A stretch of DNA of 42,923 nt from Clostridiales bacterium UBA1779 (GTDB lineage Bacteria > Bacillota > Clostridia > Oscillospirales > CAG-272). Shown here one piece after another: positions 17,142 to 27,243 of this stretch. The notes beneath the pieces are model-generated. The model was not told where the DNA came from and did no database searches. It was given only the letters and a program-made list of their open reading frames with translations. The position numbers were made by a program, and so were the translations under genes. Where the stretch lies: assembly GCA_002314565.1 (NCBI GenBank), contig DCGL01000066.1, forward strand, positions 19,146-62,068. The letters are read 5' to 3'. How positions within the stretch are numbered: the stretch's first letter is position 1; the number at the start of each line of letters is the position of its first letter.

Positions 17142-18698
17142 ATGGACAGAAAACTCAGAATTGCCGATTGCACCGTTGAGGTGAATTTCGGCGGAGGAAA
17201 GACCTTCAGAGCCAATACTCCTGACGGAAAAACATCTGTTGATGATGTCACCGTTGAACTTGAAGCAACGGATAAGGGCGCAAAAGTATTTCTCACTGCA
17301 GGTTCAACTCCCGTTGAATGCATAAAAATAGATTTTCCTGTGGAAATAAAGGGGAAGTTCAGAGCCCTGCACGATGCGTGGGAGCGCGGCTACAGCGAGC
17401 TGTGCTTTGACAGTCTTTCAATGGATAAAAAGCTGCCCTGGTATACAATCCTGCACAACGAAGATACTCTTGAAAACATAGCTTACGGCGTAAAAGTCAG
17501 GCCCAATGCTTTCTGCTCGTTTGCGGTATCTGCAGAAAAGGTCGAGCTTTGCTGTGATGTCCACTGCGGAGGCGACGGAGTAATTCTTTCCGGCCGCAGA
17601 CTTGAGGTCTGTGAATATATCAATGAGGAGTACGAAGGAATCAGTGCTTTCGCCGCAGGCAGACGCTTCTGCGCCCTTATGTGCACGGACCCGGTTCTTG
17701 CAAAGAAACCGGTTTACGGTTCAAATAACTGGTATTATGCTTACGGACACTCATCAGATGCTCTGATAAAAAGGGATACCGACTTGCTGTACGAGCTCTG
17801 CGAAGGTATTGAAAACCGTCCTTATATGGTAATTGACGACGGATGGTCGGTAAACCGCTGCGGAGGCCCATGGAACAGAACCAACGGCAATTTCGAGGAT
17901 ATGAAGGCTCTTGCTTCATATATTTCCGATAAGGACATTCTTCCCGGAATCTGGTTCCGTCCTCTCTGCGACCGCAGTGAAAAGTTCCCATCCGAATGGA
18001 GACTGCGCAATGACCGCATCACCTACGATCCCTCCGTTCCCGCTGTTATTGAGAAAATCGAACAGGACGTCGGTCTTATGAAGGACTGGGGATATAAGCT
18101 TATCAAGCACGACTTCACCTGCAACGATACAACCAAGAGGTGGGGAAGAGATATGGCAAGCTCAATCACCGACAGCGGCTGGCACTATGCCGACAGAAGC
18201 CGCACAACAGCCGAAATCATTCTTGATATGTACAGGGCAATAAAAAAGGCTGCAGGGGACATTGTTATAATCGGTTGCAATACATACAGCCATCTCAGCG
18301 CCGGTATTTTCGAAGCAAACCGTACAGGCGACGATACTTCCGGAAGAAGCTTCAGAAGAACCGTCAAGTACGGCGTAAACACTCTTGCATTCCGTCTTAT
18401 TCAGAATAATATCTTCTATGCAGCCGATGCTGACTGCGTAGGTATCACGGGTGATATTCCATGGGAAAACAACCGTGAATGGCTCAATCTGCTTGCAGAG
18501 AGCGGTTCACCCCTCTTCGTATCCCCCAGTCCCGACGCTGTAACGGATGAAATGAAGAAGGACCTGCACCGCGCATTCGAAATCAACTCCCGCCAGACTG
18601 ACGTCTGTGAACCTCTTGACTGGCTGTGGAATTACACGCCAAACCGCTGGATAATCAACGGCACAGAACGTCACTTCAGTTGGAAATGTGACTGTTAA
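17142..18698 (+). CDS. Clan GH-D glycoside hydrolase (GH36/GH27-like, putative alpha-galactosidase)
   Basis: YGSNNWYYAY, MVIDDGW, PGIWFRP, GYKLIKHDF (nucleophile motif), RTGDDT (acid/base motif). Confidence 0.8.
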   Translation: MDRKLRIADCTVEVNFGGGKTFRANTPDGKTSVDDVTVELEATDKGAKVFLTAGSTPVECIKIDFPVEIKGKFRALHDAWERGYSELCFDSLSMDKKLPWYTILHNEDTLENIAYGVKVRPNAFCSFAVSAEKVELCCDVHCGGDGVILSGRRLEVCEYINEEYEGISAFAAGRRFCALMCTDPVLAKKPVYGSNNWYYAYGHSSDALIKRDTDLLYELCEGIENRPYMVIDDGWSVNRCGGPWNRTNGNFEDMKALASYISDKDILPGIWFRPLCDRSEKFPSEWRLRNDRITYDPSVPAVIEKIEQDVGLMKDWGYKLIKHDFTCNDTTKRWGRDMASSITDSGWHYADRSRTTAEIILDMYRAIKKAAGDIVIIGCNTYSHLSAGIFEANRTGDDTSGRSFRRTVKYGVNTLAFRLIQNNIFYAADADCVGITGDIPWENNREWLNLLAESGSPLFVSPSPDAVTDEMKKDLHRAFEINSRQTDVCEPLDWLWNYTPNRWIINGTERHFSWKCDC

Positions 18699-18704
18699 TA
18701 CATT

Positions 18705-18752
18705 AAATCTCCCCGCAGCTGCACCTGAGTGCGTCTGCGGGGAGATTTTTTT
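18705..18752 (+). terminator. Rho-independent terminator
   Basis: AAATCTCCCCGCAG / CTGCGGGGAGATTT followed by a T-run. Confidence 0.85.
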
Positions 18753-18958
18753 CACTGAGTGTGCAAACTCGAGTGTTAAAGTCCTATGCCCAAACTGCAG
18801 CAGGAACTGCGTGTAAAGAGTCAAGTAAAATGCAGAAAAATTCGCCACAAAATACATAGTAAAATCGCGTAATGTGAAAATTAGTATTTTGTGATGGATT
18901 TTCTATGTTCGAGCCGGTAGCTGTATTCTGAAATATTGCTGTTGTTTGATATACAATC

Positions 18959-21900
18959 TCAGTCGGTTTCATAAATAACCGGTGCCGAAATCAGTCCTTC
19001 CGGTGCAAGTCTGTATGAGTAGGTCCAGCTGTCACCTACTGTACGCCAGGCTGCGGGGCTCTGGTATGGCATCTTCTGGTCGCCCAGGTGAATGGGACCG
19101 AAGGCGTTCTGGCGGCTGATATATGCGGTAACCGTAACTGTATGAGTACCTTCATATACGTCACGGAACGTTGCAAGATAGGGGGCAAAGGCTGCGGTGA
19201 CGGGTTTTCCGCCGTCAAGCGAGATATCCAATACCGCAGCTCTGTAATGAGGCAGTCTGACGTTCAGAACCGGAAGCTTTGTCGTTACTTCAAACGAATA
19301 TGAAACGGCACCGCCGTAGAAGGGAAGTCCCTGAGATACGATGCTGTCAAAGCCGAGAGATTTTACGGGAGCACCGATTGTAAGCTCAGAGCCGCGTACG
19401 TTTACTGAAAAATTTCCGAGCAGATACATACGTTCGGCTGCCGTCCGTTTACCGAAGGGCATTTCAAATTCAAAAGTGTTCTTTCCCTTGCGCAGCGGGG
19501 GAAGTGCCACGGTCTTAATTGACTTATCCGTATACCAGCCTGCGATCTTGCTTTCAACGGCTTCACCGTTGAATATAATCTTCGTTGTTTCGGCTGCTTC
19601 AAGTGCAAGCTTCGGTGCACGTACCGAAACACTGCTGTCAATTGAGCAGCGCAGGCGGAGTGAGTGAGTTATGGGCTCCTTTTCTATGCACCAGGGCTGG
19701 TTTGCGCTGCCACCCCAGGGGGTCCAGTCGAGAGAACGTCGAAGCTTTGTATCAATTCTCAGAATTTCTTCGGCTTTCTGCCACTCGCCGCCGTCAAAGC
19801 TGTATTCGAAAATATCGAGGACTGCGGCATTCGGCTCGTTAAGTCCGACTTTTACGTCTTTGATTTCAAGCTCTTCGTGAACGATGCGTTTTTCGGGTCC
19901 TGTCGTTTTTTCAAAGGTCAGCGCAGTATCTGCAGGTTCGAGACGGAAGAGGGCACTGTCATGGATATAATATCCCTGTCTTATGACGGTTTTTCCGTTT
20001 TTATGGGTTACGGAAACATCAGTAACTGAGCCGTCAAGCGTATTGTAGAGCTTTGCGTTCCAAAGTCCCCGAACTGTGATAAAAAGCTCAATGAAATTCG
20101 AAAGGTCGCAGTTTCCGGGATGCTTTCCTCGGCAGGTAAAGAGCCAGCGGTATTTTCCGTCCGCACGCAGCTGGTAAATCATATTGTTCGGGCAGGAACC
20201 GCTCAGGTATCTTATATCAACTTCTCTTACGTCTTCAAGCTTTTCAAGCAGGGAAGCCTGAGTGAAATCGCAATGCTCCGAATCGGCAAAGAGAGAAGCA
20301 GGTACAGGTGAAGGCTGTGCATCCATATACTTCGGGGCAATTCCTGCGAAAATGAGTTTTCCTCCGGCTTTACGGAAAGCCTGCAGACGTTCAACCGTGG
20401 TTGAACGCAGGGTTTCGCAGCCGGGGACAATAATTGCATCGTATTTCATTTTACCGACGGTGAGAGGATTTGTGCCCGTCTTGCAGAGCTCGGGAAGCAG
20501 GGACTCTGAGACGTAATCAAAGTCGATATCACCCATCAGCAGCCATTCCGTGACTGATGCGAATTTTGAATCAAGATCCGATCTGACAGCTGCGGTCTGA
20601 TTAGAGGGACCCCAGTGAAGCCAGAGGGATTCGACCGGATGAATGACTCCGACCCGGATAAGCGGCTTTCCGCGGGTCAGGGCCGTGTTCAGTCTTGCGA
20701 AATGGTCTTCGACGTATGAGTATTTCTTATACCAGCTTGACTGGTAGTTGATGCTTGCGGGGTAGTCGCGCTTTGATTCTCCTTCCATGGAAACCCAGGA
20801 AAGGTGAGGCACTCTGACGCTAACGCCGAGAGCTGCCTGCCAGTCTCCCTGAAGCTTGTGGCCGCGGAAATCGAAGTCCCAGCCGGTGACCCCGTAAAGC
20901 TCGCTCATGACGCCTTCACGGCCGTACTGATGAGCAATGGAGGCTGCCTGCTTCGCCGTTGTGTATTCGTGTCTGTCGGCAAGCATATCTATGCCGGGAA
21001 GCTGGAATGCCGAAAGCGAACGCATAACTTCGCCGACGGCTGCTGTCTGTGACGACAGGCTCGGCTCGGACATCATATGTCCCGTGAGCTTTATTCCGTG
21101 ATTTTCGCACCAGGAACCGATGTTTTTTGCAAAGCTGTCGGTAAATCTCTGACAGGCATGGTCGTGATATCTGTATCTGTATCCGGATATCCCTTCGGGC
21201 AGTTCCCATATCAGTTCCGGAATATGGGCGACGATATCCAGACCGTATGCAGCGTTGAAGCTGTCTGGAAAATCATCGGTCCAGGGAAGAGTTACGTCTT
21301 CTTTCGATTCGGGGAAGGAGAGCGCTTTTTTATGTGTGAACTGAGGCTCGTCAGTGAAAATGGCGGGAACGGATTTTCCGAAACGGTCGCCGATTTTCTC
21401 ATAATATCTCTCGTGGGTTACTTCTATGAAGCGGTCGATGCTCGCCTTGTCCATAAGGTTAGCGTACGTCTGACCGTTGAATCGGGGATTGAGGGCCGGT
21501 GATTCAATATAGGCAAACCAGAGAGCGTTTTGGGCGTTTTCACCGTCTTCGAGTTTTCTGTAAGATTCGAGACAGCCGTCTTTGTCGAGCTTTACGTCGA
21601 ATCTTGCTATGAGAGTGCCGTTGCCCGTTCTTACTGCTTTCTGAGTTTCATCCACCTTGTAGGCTGAAGCTTTCTCGTTTTCATACGGAACGGAAGTAAA
21701 GAGCAGATATCTGATTCTGTACTTCGGGTCCTTTGTGACAAGTCCGCCCGCAAAGCCCGAGGGCCAGCGGTCCTCGTCATAGAGCCAGGTGAGCATTCTG
21801 TTCTTTTCGGCTTTGTCAGAACAGGCTTTTACCAGGTCCATAAATTCTTCACCGAGATATTCGGTATCCATACCCGAGCGAACGTGAATATGATAGCCTC

Positions 21901-22057
21901 CGAAGCCCATCTGACGAAGAACGTCAGCCTGACGCAGAAGCTCGTCTTTGTCGAGCTTGCAGTTCCAGGACCAGAAGGGGGCTCCTCTGTATTCAGAGGT
22001 CGGGGAAGCGAAGAGACTGTCGGAAAGTTCTTTTCTTTTGTTTTTATTGTAAAGCAT
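18959..22057 (-). CDS. Large glycoside hydrolase, GH106-like (putative alpha-L-rhamnosidase)
   Basis: PFWSWNCKL, GFGGYHIHVRSG, WLYDEDRWPSGFAGG, IFTDEPQF, PGIDML, VMSELYGVTGW; lies directly downstream of rhaA. Confidence 0.7.
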   Translation of the reverse strand: MLYNKNKRKELSDSLFASPTSEYRGAPFWSWNCKLDKDELLRQADVLRQMGFGGYHIHVRSGMDTEYLGEEFMDLVKACSDKAEKNRMLTWLYDEDRWPSGFAGGLVTKDPKYRIRYLLFTSVPYENEKASAYKVDETQKAVRTGNGTLIARFDVKLDKDGCLESYRKLEDGENAQNALWFAYIESPALNPRFNGQTYANLMDKASIDRFIEVTHERYYEKIGDRFGKSVPAIFTDEPQFTHKKALSFPESKEDVTLPWTDDFPDSFNAAYGLDIVAHIPELIWELPEGISGYRYRYHDHACQRFTDSFAKNIGSWCENHGIKLTGHMMSEPSLSSQTAAVGEVMRSLSAFQLPGIDMLADRHEYTTAKQAASIAHQYGREGVMSELYGVTGWDFDFRGHKLQGDWQAALGVSVRVPHLSWVSMEGESKRDYPASINYQSSWYKKYSYVEDHFARLNTALTRGKPLIRVGVIHPVESLWLHWGPSNQTAAVRSDLDSKFASVTEWLLMGDIDFDYVSESLLPELCKTGTNPLTVGKMKYDAIIVPGCETLRSTTVERLQAFRKAGGKLIFAGIAPKYMDAQPSPVPASLFADSEHCDFTQASLLEKLEDVREVDIRYLSGSCPNNMIYQLRADGKYRWLFTCRGKHPGNCDLSNFIELFITVRGLWNAKLYNTLDGSVTDVSVTHKNGKTVIRQGYYIHDSALFRLEPADTALTFEKTTGPEKRIVHEELEIKDVKVGLNEPNAAVLDIFEYSFDGGEWQKAEEILRIDTKLRRSLDWTPWGGSANQPWCIEKEPITHSLRLRCSIDSSVSVRAPKLALEAAETTKIIFNGEAVESKIAGWYTDKSIKTVALPPLRKGKNTFEFEMPFGKRTAAERMYLLGNFSVNVRGSELTIGAPVKSLGFDSIVSQGLPFYGGAVSYSFEVTTKLPVLNVRLPHYRAAVLDISLDGGKPVTAAFAPYLATFRDVYEGTHTVTVTAYISRQNAFGPIHLGDQKMPYQSPAAWRTVGDSWTYSYRLAPEGLISAPVIYETD

Positions 22058-22100
22058 ACCCTTGTTCTCCTTTTAAGCGAAAAATGGAAAATATGCGTAT

Positions 22101-23348
22101 TTATCTCTTGAGCAATACTTCTTTTTCGTATTTTTTGACTTCGTCAAGCCATTCCATACCGGCAGCACTTCCGGCACGGCGGCAGTATTCCTGCCATACG
22201 GCGGCAAAGGGGGCTGTTTTGATTTCCTCGGAAAGAACGAGGAGTTCGGAAAATTCGGCGTTTTCCTGCAGCATTGCTCCTTTTTCATTCGGCCACAGTT
22301 CGGCATAGAGCAGAGCCTTGAGGAAGGAGCGCGTTCCGCTTACCCAGGCGGCAATGCGGTTGATGCTTGCGTCAAAGTAATCAAGAGCCAGGTGATAACG
22401 GTCAAGGTCCCCGCATCTGACGATTTCAAGGGCGATTTCACGTATTTCATCGTCAAAACGGACTACGTGGTCACTGTCCCAGCGGACACCGCGGGTTACG
22501 TGAAGGGCGATTTCCGGATTGAATAGCATAAAGGAAGAAATTTTGTCGGCAACGGATTCGGTCGGATGATAATGGCCGTTGTCCATAAGAGGTACAAGGC
22601 CGCGGGTGGCGGCAAAGCTCGTGCAGAATTCGGCGGAACCGACCGTGTAGGATTCAACCCCTATGCCGAAGACCTTTGATTCAAGTGAGATGCAGACGAG
22701 ATTTTTATCGTATCCTGCGGCGAGAATCATATCGAGTGAATCGGCCATTCTTGCACGGCAGCTGTATCTGTCTGCAGGAGTGTCCTTGCAGCCGTCGGGC
22801 ATCCAGAAGTTAATCAGACATTTGGAGCCCGTTTCACGTGCGAAATATTCGCCGATTCTCAGACAGCAGATTCCGTGACGGATCCAGAAATTGCGGACGT
22901 TTTCATCGGGACTTGAAAGAGTAAGCCCGTCCTTAACCATGGGATGTGAAAAATAAGTGGGATTGAAATCAATACCGCAGTTATGAGCCTTGGCAAATTC
23001 AACCCAGGGAGCAAAATGCTCAGGCTTCAGCGAATCTCTGTCGGCACGGTTGTTTTCATTGAAAACCGAATAGCAGGCGTGAACGTTGATTCTGACTTTT
23101 CCGGGGATGAGGCTGATAGCCTTGTCAAGATCCTGCATAAGCTGAACGGGTCCCTTTGCGGCTCCGGGATAATTGCCGGTTGTCTGGATTCCGCCGTCAA
23201 GAGAGGCTGCTCCTTCAAAACCTCTGACGTCATCGCCCTGCCAGCAATGCAGGGATACGGGGACGCCAAGTAATTTTTCAATAGCCAGGTCGGTATCCGT
23301 ACCGAAGGCCTTATATGCTTTTTTTGCTGATTCGTATTCTGTTGACAT
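22101..23348 (-). CDS. rhaA: L-rhamnose isomerase
   Basis: SLHCWQGDDVRGFE, GGIQTTGNYPG, DFNPTYFSHP, ESKVFGIGVESYTVGS, RGVRWDSDHV, LDYFDASINRIAAW. ATG 23348 follows GAAAGGG. Confidence 0.95.
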   Translation of the reverse strand: MSTEYESAKKAYKAFGTDTDLAIEKLLGVPVSLHCWQGDDVRGFEGAASLDGGIQTTGNYPGAAKGPVQLMQDLDKAISLIPGKVRINVHACYSVFNENNRADRDSLKPEHFAPWVEFAKAHNCGIDFNPTYFSHPMVKDGLTLSSPDENVRNFWIRHGICCLRIGEYFARETGSKCLINFWMPDGCKDTPADRYSCRARMADSLDMILAAGYDKNLVCISLESKVFGIGVESYTVGSAEFCTSFAATRGLVPLMDNGHYHPTESVADKISSFMLFNPEIALHVTRGVRWDSDHVVRFDDEIREIALEIVRCGDLDRYHLALDYFDASINRIAAWVSGTRSFLKALLYAELWPNEKGAMLQENAEFSELLVLSEEIKTAPFAAVWQEYCRRAGSAAGMEWLDEVKKYEKEVLLKR

Positions 23349-23385
23349 TGATATACCCTTTCGGAAATTATAAAATATATAGAAT

Positions 23386-23414
23386 ATTTTATCAAATAGC
23401 GGTCGGAATTTCAA
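23386..23414 (-). promoter_or_regulatory. Sigma-A promoter of rhaA-GH106
   Basis: Minus strand TTGAAA-N17-TAAAAT with TGn extension. Confidence 0.6.
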
Positions 23415-23571
23415 GGAAAAAAACGATTTTCCGAAAATAAAACCTCAATTTATCAAGGATTGAATTATTTGCTCAAAATGTATTTATTTATATTTCAAAA
23501 TGTGATATAATACAAGGAATATTATTCACTCAGTCAAGCTGTTTTATTATTTGAGGAAGGAGGAAAACACA

Positions 23572-24369
23572 GTGAGACAGTCAAACGTCTTTTATGAGTT
23601 CGGAAAACAGAATGCAGGATTTGAAATAGGTTCAAAAAAGAATACCGCCGCATCAATTCTCTGCGATGGAACGAACAGACTGATCTGCAGTCTTGCATTT
23701 TTGCTGTGCATCCTGGGTACGTCTCTCGTTTATATTGCCCTGCACGGTTTATGCCTGATGATTTTCGGAAACGCAGTATTTGAACTCAGTTACACTGAAC
23801 AGGACGTAATTTCATATTTTGAAATACTGACGGCAGTTTTCCTCTCTCTTCCGTTATATCACGGATATTCGATAATGATCTGCGGTACGTATGAAAAAAG
23901 AAGAGCAGATATAGCGGATATGCTCATACCGTTTTCGTCAGTGCGGACGTTTTTATGCTCCTTCTTTGTCACGGCAATGTCGTTTCTCTCGGCTGCAGTA
24001 CCGGTAACCGCAATAACTTTATTTGCAATGACAAACGGAATGGGATTTTTCGTTTCGGTTTCGTTTATTGTGACCCCGCTTTGGATTTTTCTCTGCTCGC
24101 TGTTCAGACGAATGTGCCGTTTGCATGCTTTTTGTCCTGATTTGAGCTTTTCAGACTGCCTTATCTGCGCATTTTCTGCCCCGAAAAGCCTGAAAAGGGA
24201 AATGACGGTCTGCGCTTTTTCATTTACCGGAATGTATATACTTTCAGCCGTTACGGTGCTTATTTACGGCATCTGGAACGGATTTGCCATAAAAAATCTC
24301 TGCGCGGCAATGTACGCAGAGGAACTTATTGAAGAATATAAAATTAAAAAGGATAGAGAATTGTTATGA
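23572..24369 (+). CDS. Integral membrane protein, DUF975-like
   Basis: Several hydrophobic helices and LSLPLYHGY...RADIADML; GTG start after AAGGAGG; overlaps the metG start (ATGA). Confidence 0.55.
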   Translation: MRQSNVFYEFGKQNAGFEIGSKKNTAASILCDGTNRLICSLAFLLCILGTSLVYIALHGLCLMIFGNAVFELSYTEQDVISYFEILTAVFLSLPLYHGYSIMICGTYEKRRADIADMLIPFSSVRTFLCSFFVTAMSFLSAAVPVTAITLFAMTNGMGFFVSVSFIVTPLWIFLCSLFRRMCRLHAFCPDLSFSDCLICAFSAPKSLKREMTVCAFSFTGMYILSAVTVLIYGIWNGFAIKNLCAAMYAEELIEEYKIKKDRELL

Positions 24370-26345
24370 AGAAACCTTATTACATTACCACGGCAATAGC
24401 CTACGCATCGTCAAAGCCTCATCTCGGAAACACCTATGAGGCAATTATGACCGATGCCGTTGCAAGATATAAGAGAGCCCGCGGATATGACGTGTTTTTC
24501 TGCACGGGAACCGATGAGCACGGTCAGAAAATTCAGGATTATGCCGAAAAGGCCGGGAAAGACCCCCAGACTTACGTTGACGGTATTTCAGGAGTTGTCA
24601 AGGATCTGTGGAACAAGATGAACGTCAGCTACGATTATTTCATCCGTACCACGGACGATTACCACGTAAAGACAGTTCAGAAGATATTTGAAAAATTCCT
24701 TGCCAAGGGCGATATTTACAAGGGATATTATGAAGGCTGGTATTGCCAGCCCTGCGAATCCTTCTTCACAGAGACACAGGTTACGGGTGAGGTCTGCCCG
24801 GATTGCGGAGCTCCCGTAAAGAAGGCAAGAGAAGAAGCGTATTTCTTCAATATGCAGAAATACGCACCGAAGCTGATTGATTACATCAATGACCATCCCG
24901 GTTTTATCGAGCCCGAAGCCCGCAAGAACGAGATGCTCAACAACTTCCTCATTCCCGGTCTTCAGGACCTCTGCGTATCAAGAACCTCCTTCTCATGGGG
25001 AATTCAGGTTCCTTCAGACCCGAAACACGTCGTTTACGTCTGGCTCGACGCTCTGACAAACTATATCACGGCCATCGGTTACGACCCGGACAAGACTTAC
25101 GACGAACAGTCGGAAGAATTCAAGAAGCGCTGGCCCTGCGACGTACATATGATTGGCAAGGACATCATCCGCTTCCATACCATTTACTGGCCCATCTTCC
25201 TGATGGCACTGGATCTGCCGCTGCCCCAGAAGGTTTTCGGTCATCCCTGGTTCAATTTCGGAACCGAAAAGATGTCCAAGTCCAAGGGGAACGTTATTTA
25301 CACCGACAAGATGGCTGAATACGTCAAGGTGGACGGAGCCCGCTACTATGCGCTTTCCGAAATGCCTTACGCTTCCGACGGTTCCGCAACCTGGGAAAAC
25401 GTATTCAAGAGATACAATATGGACCTCGTCAACAACCTCGGAAATCTTGTTAAGCGCACGCTCGACATGCAGAAGAAGTACTTCGGCAAAGAGATTGTGG
25501 TTCCGTCGAAGTTCGAAGCTCTTGACGAAGAACTGAAGCGCAGCTGCTTTGAAGCAAGGGATGCGTTTTTCGCTTCAATGGACACGTATCACGTTGCCGA
25601 TGCCGTAGCCGCAGTATTTAAGATGCTCGACAGAGCCAACAAGTATATTGACGAGACGACACCCTGGTCGCTTGCCAAGGATGAGGCAAACCGCGACAGA
25701 CTTGCCGCCGTTCTTTACAGCCTGCTCTGCGCCATCCGCTGGGCGTCGCTCTTGCTTTACCCCATCATTCCCGAAACCTGCGAAGAAATATTCAGAGAAC
25801 TCAACTGCGGAATCGACTCAAAATCCGTTGATTACGATACTCAGCTTTCAGATGAAGCTTACGCTTCTTTGAAAAACGGTTCATTCGTCGAGGATTCAAC
25901 CGTTCTGTTTGCCAGAATCGACGAGCAGAAGCTTATGGAAGAAATCATTGCCGAAAGAGAAGCCTTCCTCGCCGCCAAGGCCGCAAAGGAAAAGGCAGAA
26001 CATCCCGATAAGCCCGAAGGCTGTGCTGTTATCGGTTTTGACGACTTTATGAAGGTCGAGCTGAGAACCGCCCAGATTCTCGAATGCGAGACCGTTCCGA
26101 AGGCAAAGAAGCTGCTCAAGCTCAAGGTGAATCTCGGTTACGAAACCAGACAGGTCGTATCCGGAATTGCCAAATTCTACAAGCCCGAGGACCTTATCGG
26201 CAAGAAAATCATTCTCGTTTCCAATCTTGCTCCCGCCACTCTCTGCGGCGTTGAATCGCAGGGGATGCTTTTGGCAAGCGGGGAAGAAACCGTAAGAGTA
26301 GTCTTCCTCGACCCTGAAACTCCTCTCGGCGAGAGAGTAAGATAA
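24366..26345 (+). CDS. metG: Methionine--tRNA ligase
   Basis: YYITTAIAY..PHLGN (HIGH), TGTDEHGQKI, CxxC knuckles, KMSKS, C-terminal tRNA-binding OB domain. Confidence 0.98.
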   Translation: MKKPYYITTAIAYASSKPHLGNTYEAIMTDAVARYKRARGYDVFFCTGTDEHGQKIQDYAEKAGKDPQTYVDGISGVVKDLWNKMNVSYDYFIRTTDDYHVKTVQKIFEKFLAKGDIYKGYYEGWYCQPCESFFTETQVTGEVCPDCGAPVKKAREEAYFFNMQKYAPKLIDYINDHPGFIEPEARKNEMLNNFLIPGLQDLCVSRTSFSWGIQVPSDPKHVVYVWLDALTNYITAIGYDPDKTYDEQSEEFKKRWPCDVHMIGKDIIRFHTIYWPIFLMALDLPLPQKVFGHPWFNFGTEKMSKSKGNVIYTDKMAEYVKVDGARYYALSEMPYASDGSATWENVFKRYNMDLVNNLGNLVKRTLDMQKKYFGKEIVVPSKFEALDEELKRSCFEARDAFFASMDTYHVADAVAAVFKMLDRANKYIDETTPWSLAKDEANRDRLAAVLYSLLCAIRWASLLLYPIIPETCEEIFRELNCGIDSKSVDYDTQLSDEAYASLKNGSFVEDSTVLFARIDEQKLMEEIIAEREAFLAAKAAKEKAEHPDKPEGCAVIGFDDFMKVELRTAQILECETVPKAKKLLKLKVNLGYETRQVVSGIAKFYKPEDLIGKKIILVSNLAPATLCGVESQGMLLASGEETVRVVFLDPETPLGERVR

Positions 26346-27139
26346 TGCCGAAAATTTTCGATACGCATGCCCATTATACTGACAGCCGCTTTGATGAATA
26401 TCCCGGAAAAGCGGCTGCCCTGATTGAAGAAATGCCGGCTGCCGGCGTCGGGAATATAATCAACGTGGCCGTTGATACGCAGAATTCTCTTGACGTTATC
26501 AGACAGGCACGGTCCTTCGAAAATATGTATGCTGCAGTCGGAATTCATCCGACTGAGGCATGGCATGAAGAGGGCGGACTTGACGGGGCAATGTCAAGGC
26601 TTCGTTCGCTGCTTGAAGGAAAAGAAAAGAACAAAATAGTTGCCGTAGGCGAAATCGGACTTGACTATCATTATGAGAATACAGACAAAGCCCTGCAGCA
26701 GAGTTTCTTTGAGGCACAGCTTGAGCTTGCACAGTCACTTGACATTCCGGTTATCATCCATGACAGAGATGCGCATGGCGATTGCTTTGAAACCGTTCTG
26801 AAATATCCGAAAGTGCGCGGTGTGTTTCACAGCTATTCCGGCAGTGCCGAGATGGCAAAGGAGCTCATACGCCGTGGCTGGTATATTTCCTTTTCAGGTG
26901 TCATAAGCTTTAAAAATGCTCCGAGAGTACGGGAAGTGTGCTCTTCGGTACCTCTTGAACGGCTGCTTTGCGAAACGGATGCTCCTTATCTTGCGCCTGA
27001 GCCGTATCGCGGAAAATGCAACCGGTCTGATTATATTACTTATACCGCACAGGCCATCGGAAGAGTATTTGGTATTTCTTGTGAAGAAATATTGCGTATT
27101 ACTGAAGAAAACGCAAAAAAACTGTTTCTCAAGACTTAA
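26345..27139 (+). CDS. tatD: TatD family DNase
   Basis: FDTHAH, AVGIHP, VGEIGLDYHY, IHDRDAH, HSYSG, ETDAPYLAP; usual metG-tatD order. Confidence 0.95.
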   Translation: MPKIFDTHAHYTDSRFDEYPGKAAALIEEMPAAGVGNIINVAVDTQNSLDVIRQARSFENMYAAVGIHPTEAWHEEGGLDGAMSRLRSLLEGKEKNKIVAVGEIGLDYHYENTDKALQQSFFEAQLELAQSLDIPVIIHDRDAHGDCFETVLKYPKVRGVFHSYSGSAEMAKELIRRGWYISFSGVISFKNAPRVREVCSSVPLERLLCETDAPYLAPEPYRGKCNRSDYITYTAQAIGRVFGISCEEILRITEENAKKLFLKT

Positions 27140-27243
27140 TTTCCTATTGAATTATTTTATTATATGTGATAAAATAGTTTCGTTGTATTTTTTACACTAA
27201 TTTATCCTGACTGAAAACTTTCAGGATATCGAAAGGACTAACC

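Noticed and set aside
18835-18904. Imperfect inverted repeat (CACAAAATAC/GTATTTTGTG) as an ncRNA
   Set aside because: AT-rich 10-bp core with a long loop and a single copy; at most a weak terminator for the GH106-like gene.
23420-24366. T-box or SAM riboswitch for metG
   Set aside because: metG overlaps the upstream CDS, and no T-box or S-box consensus was seen in the AT-rich upstream gap.
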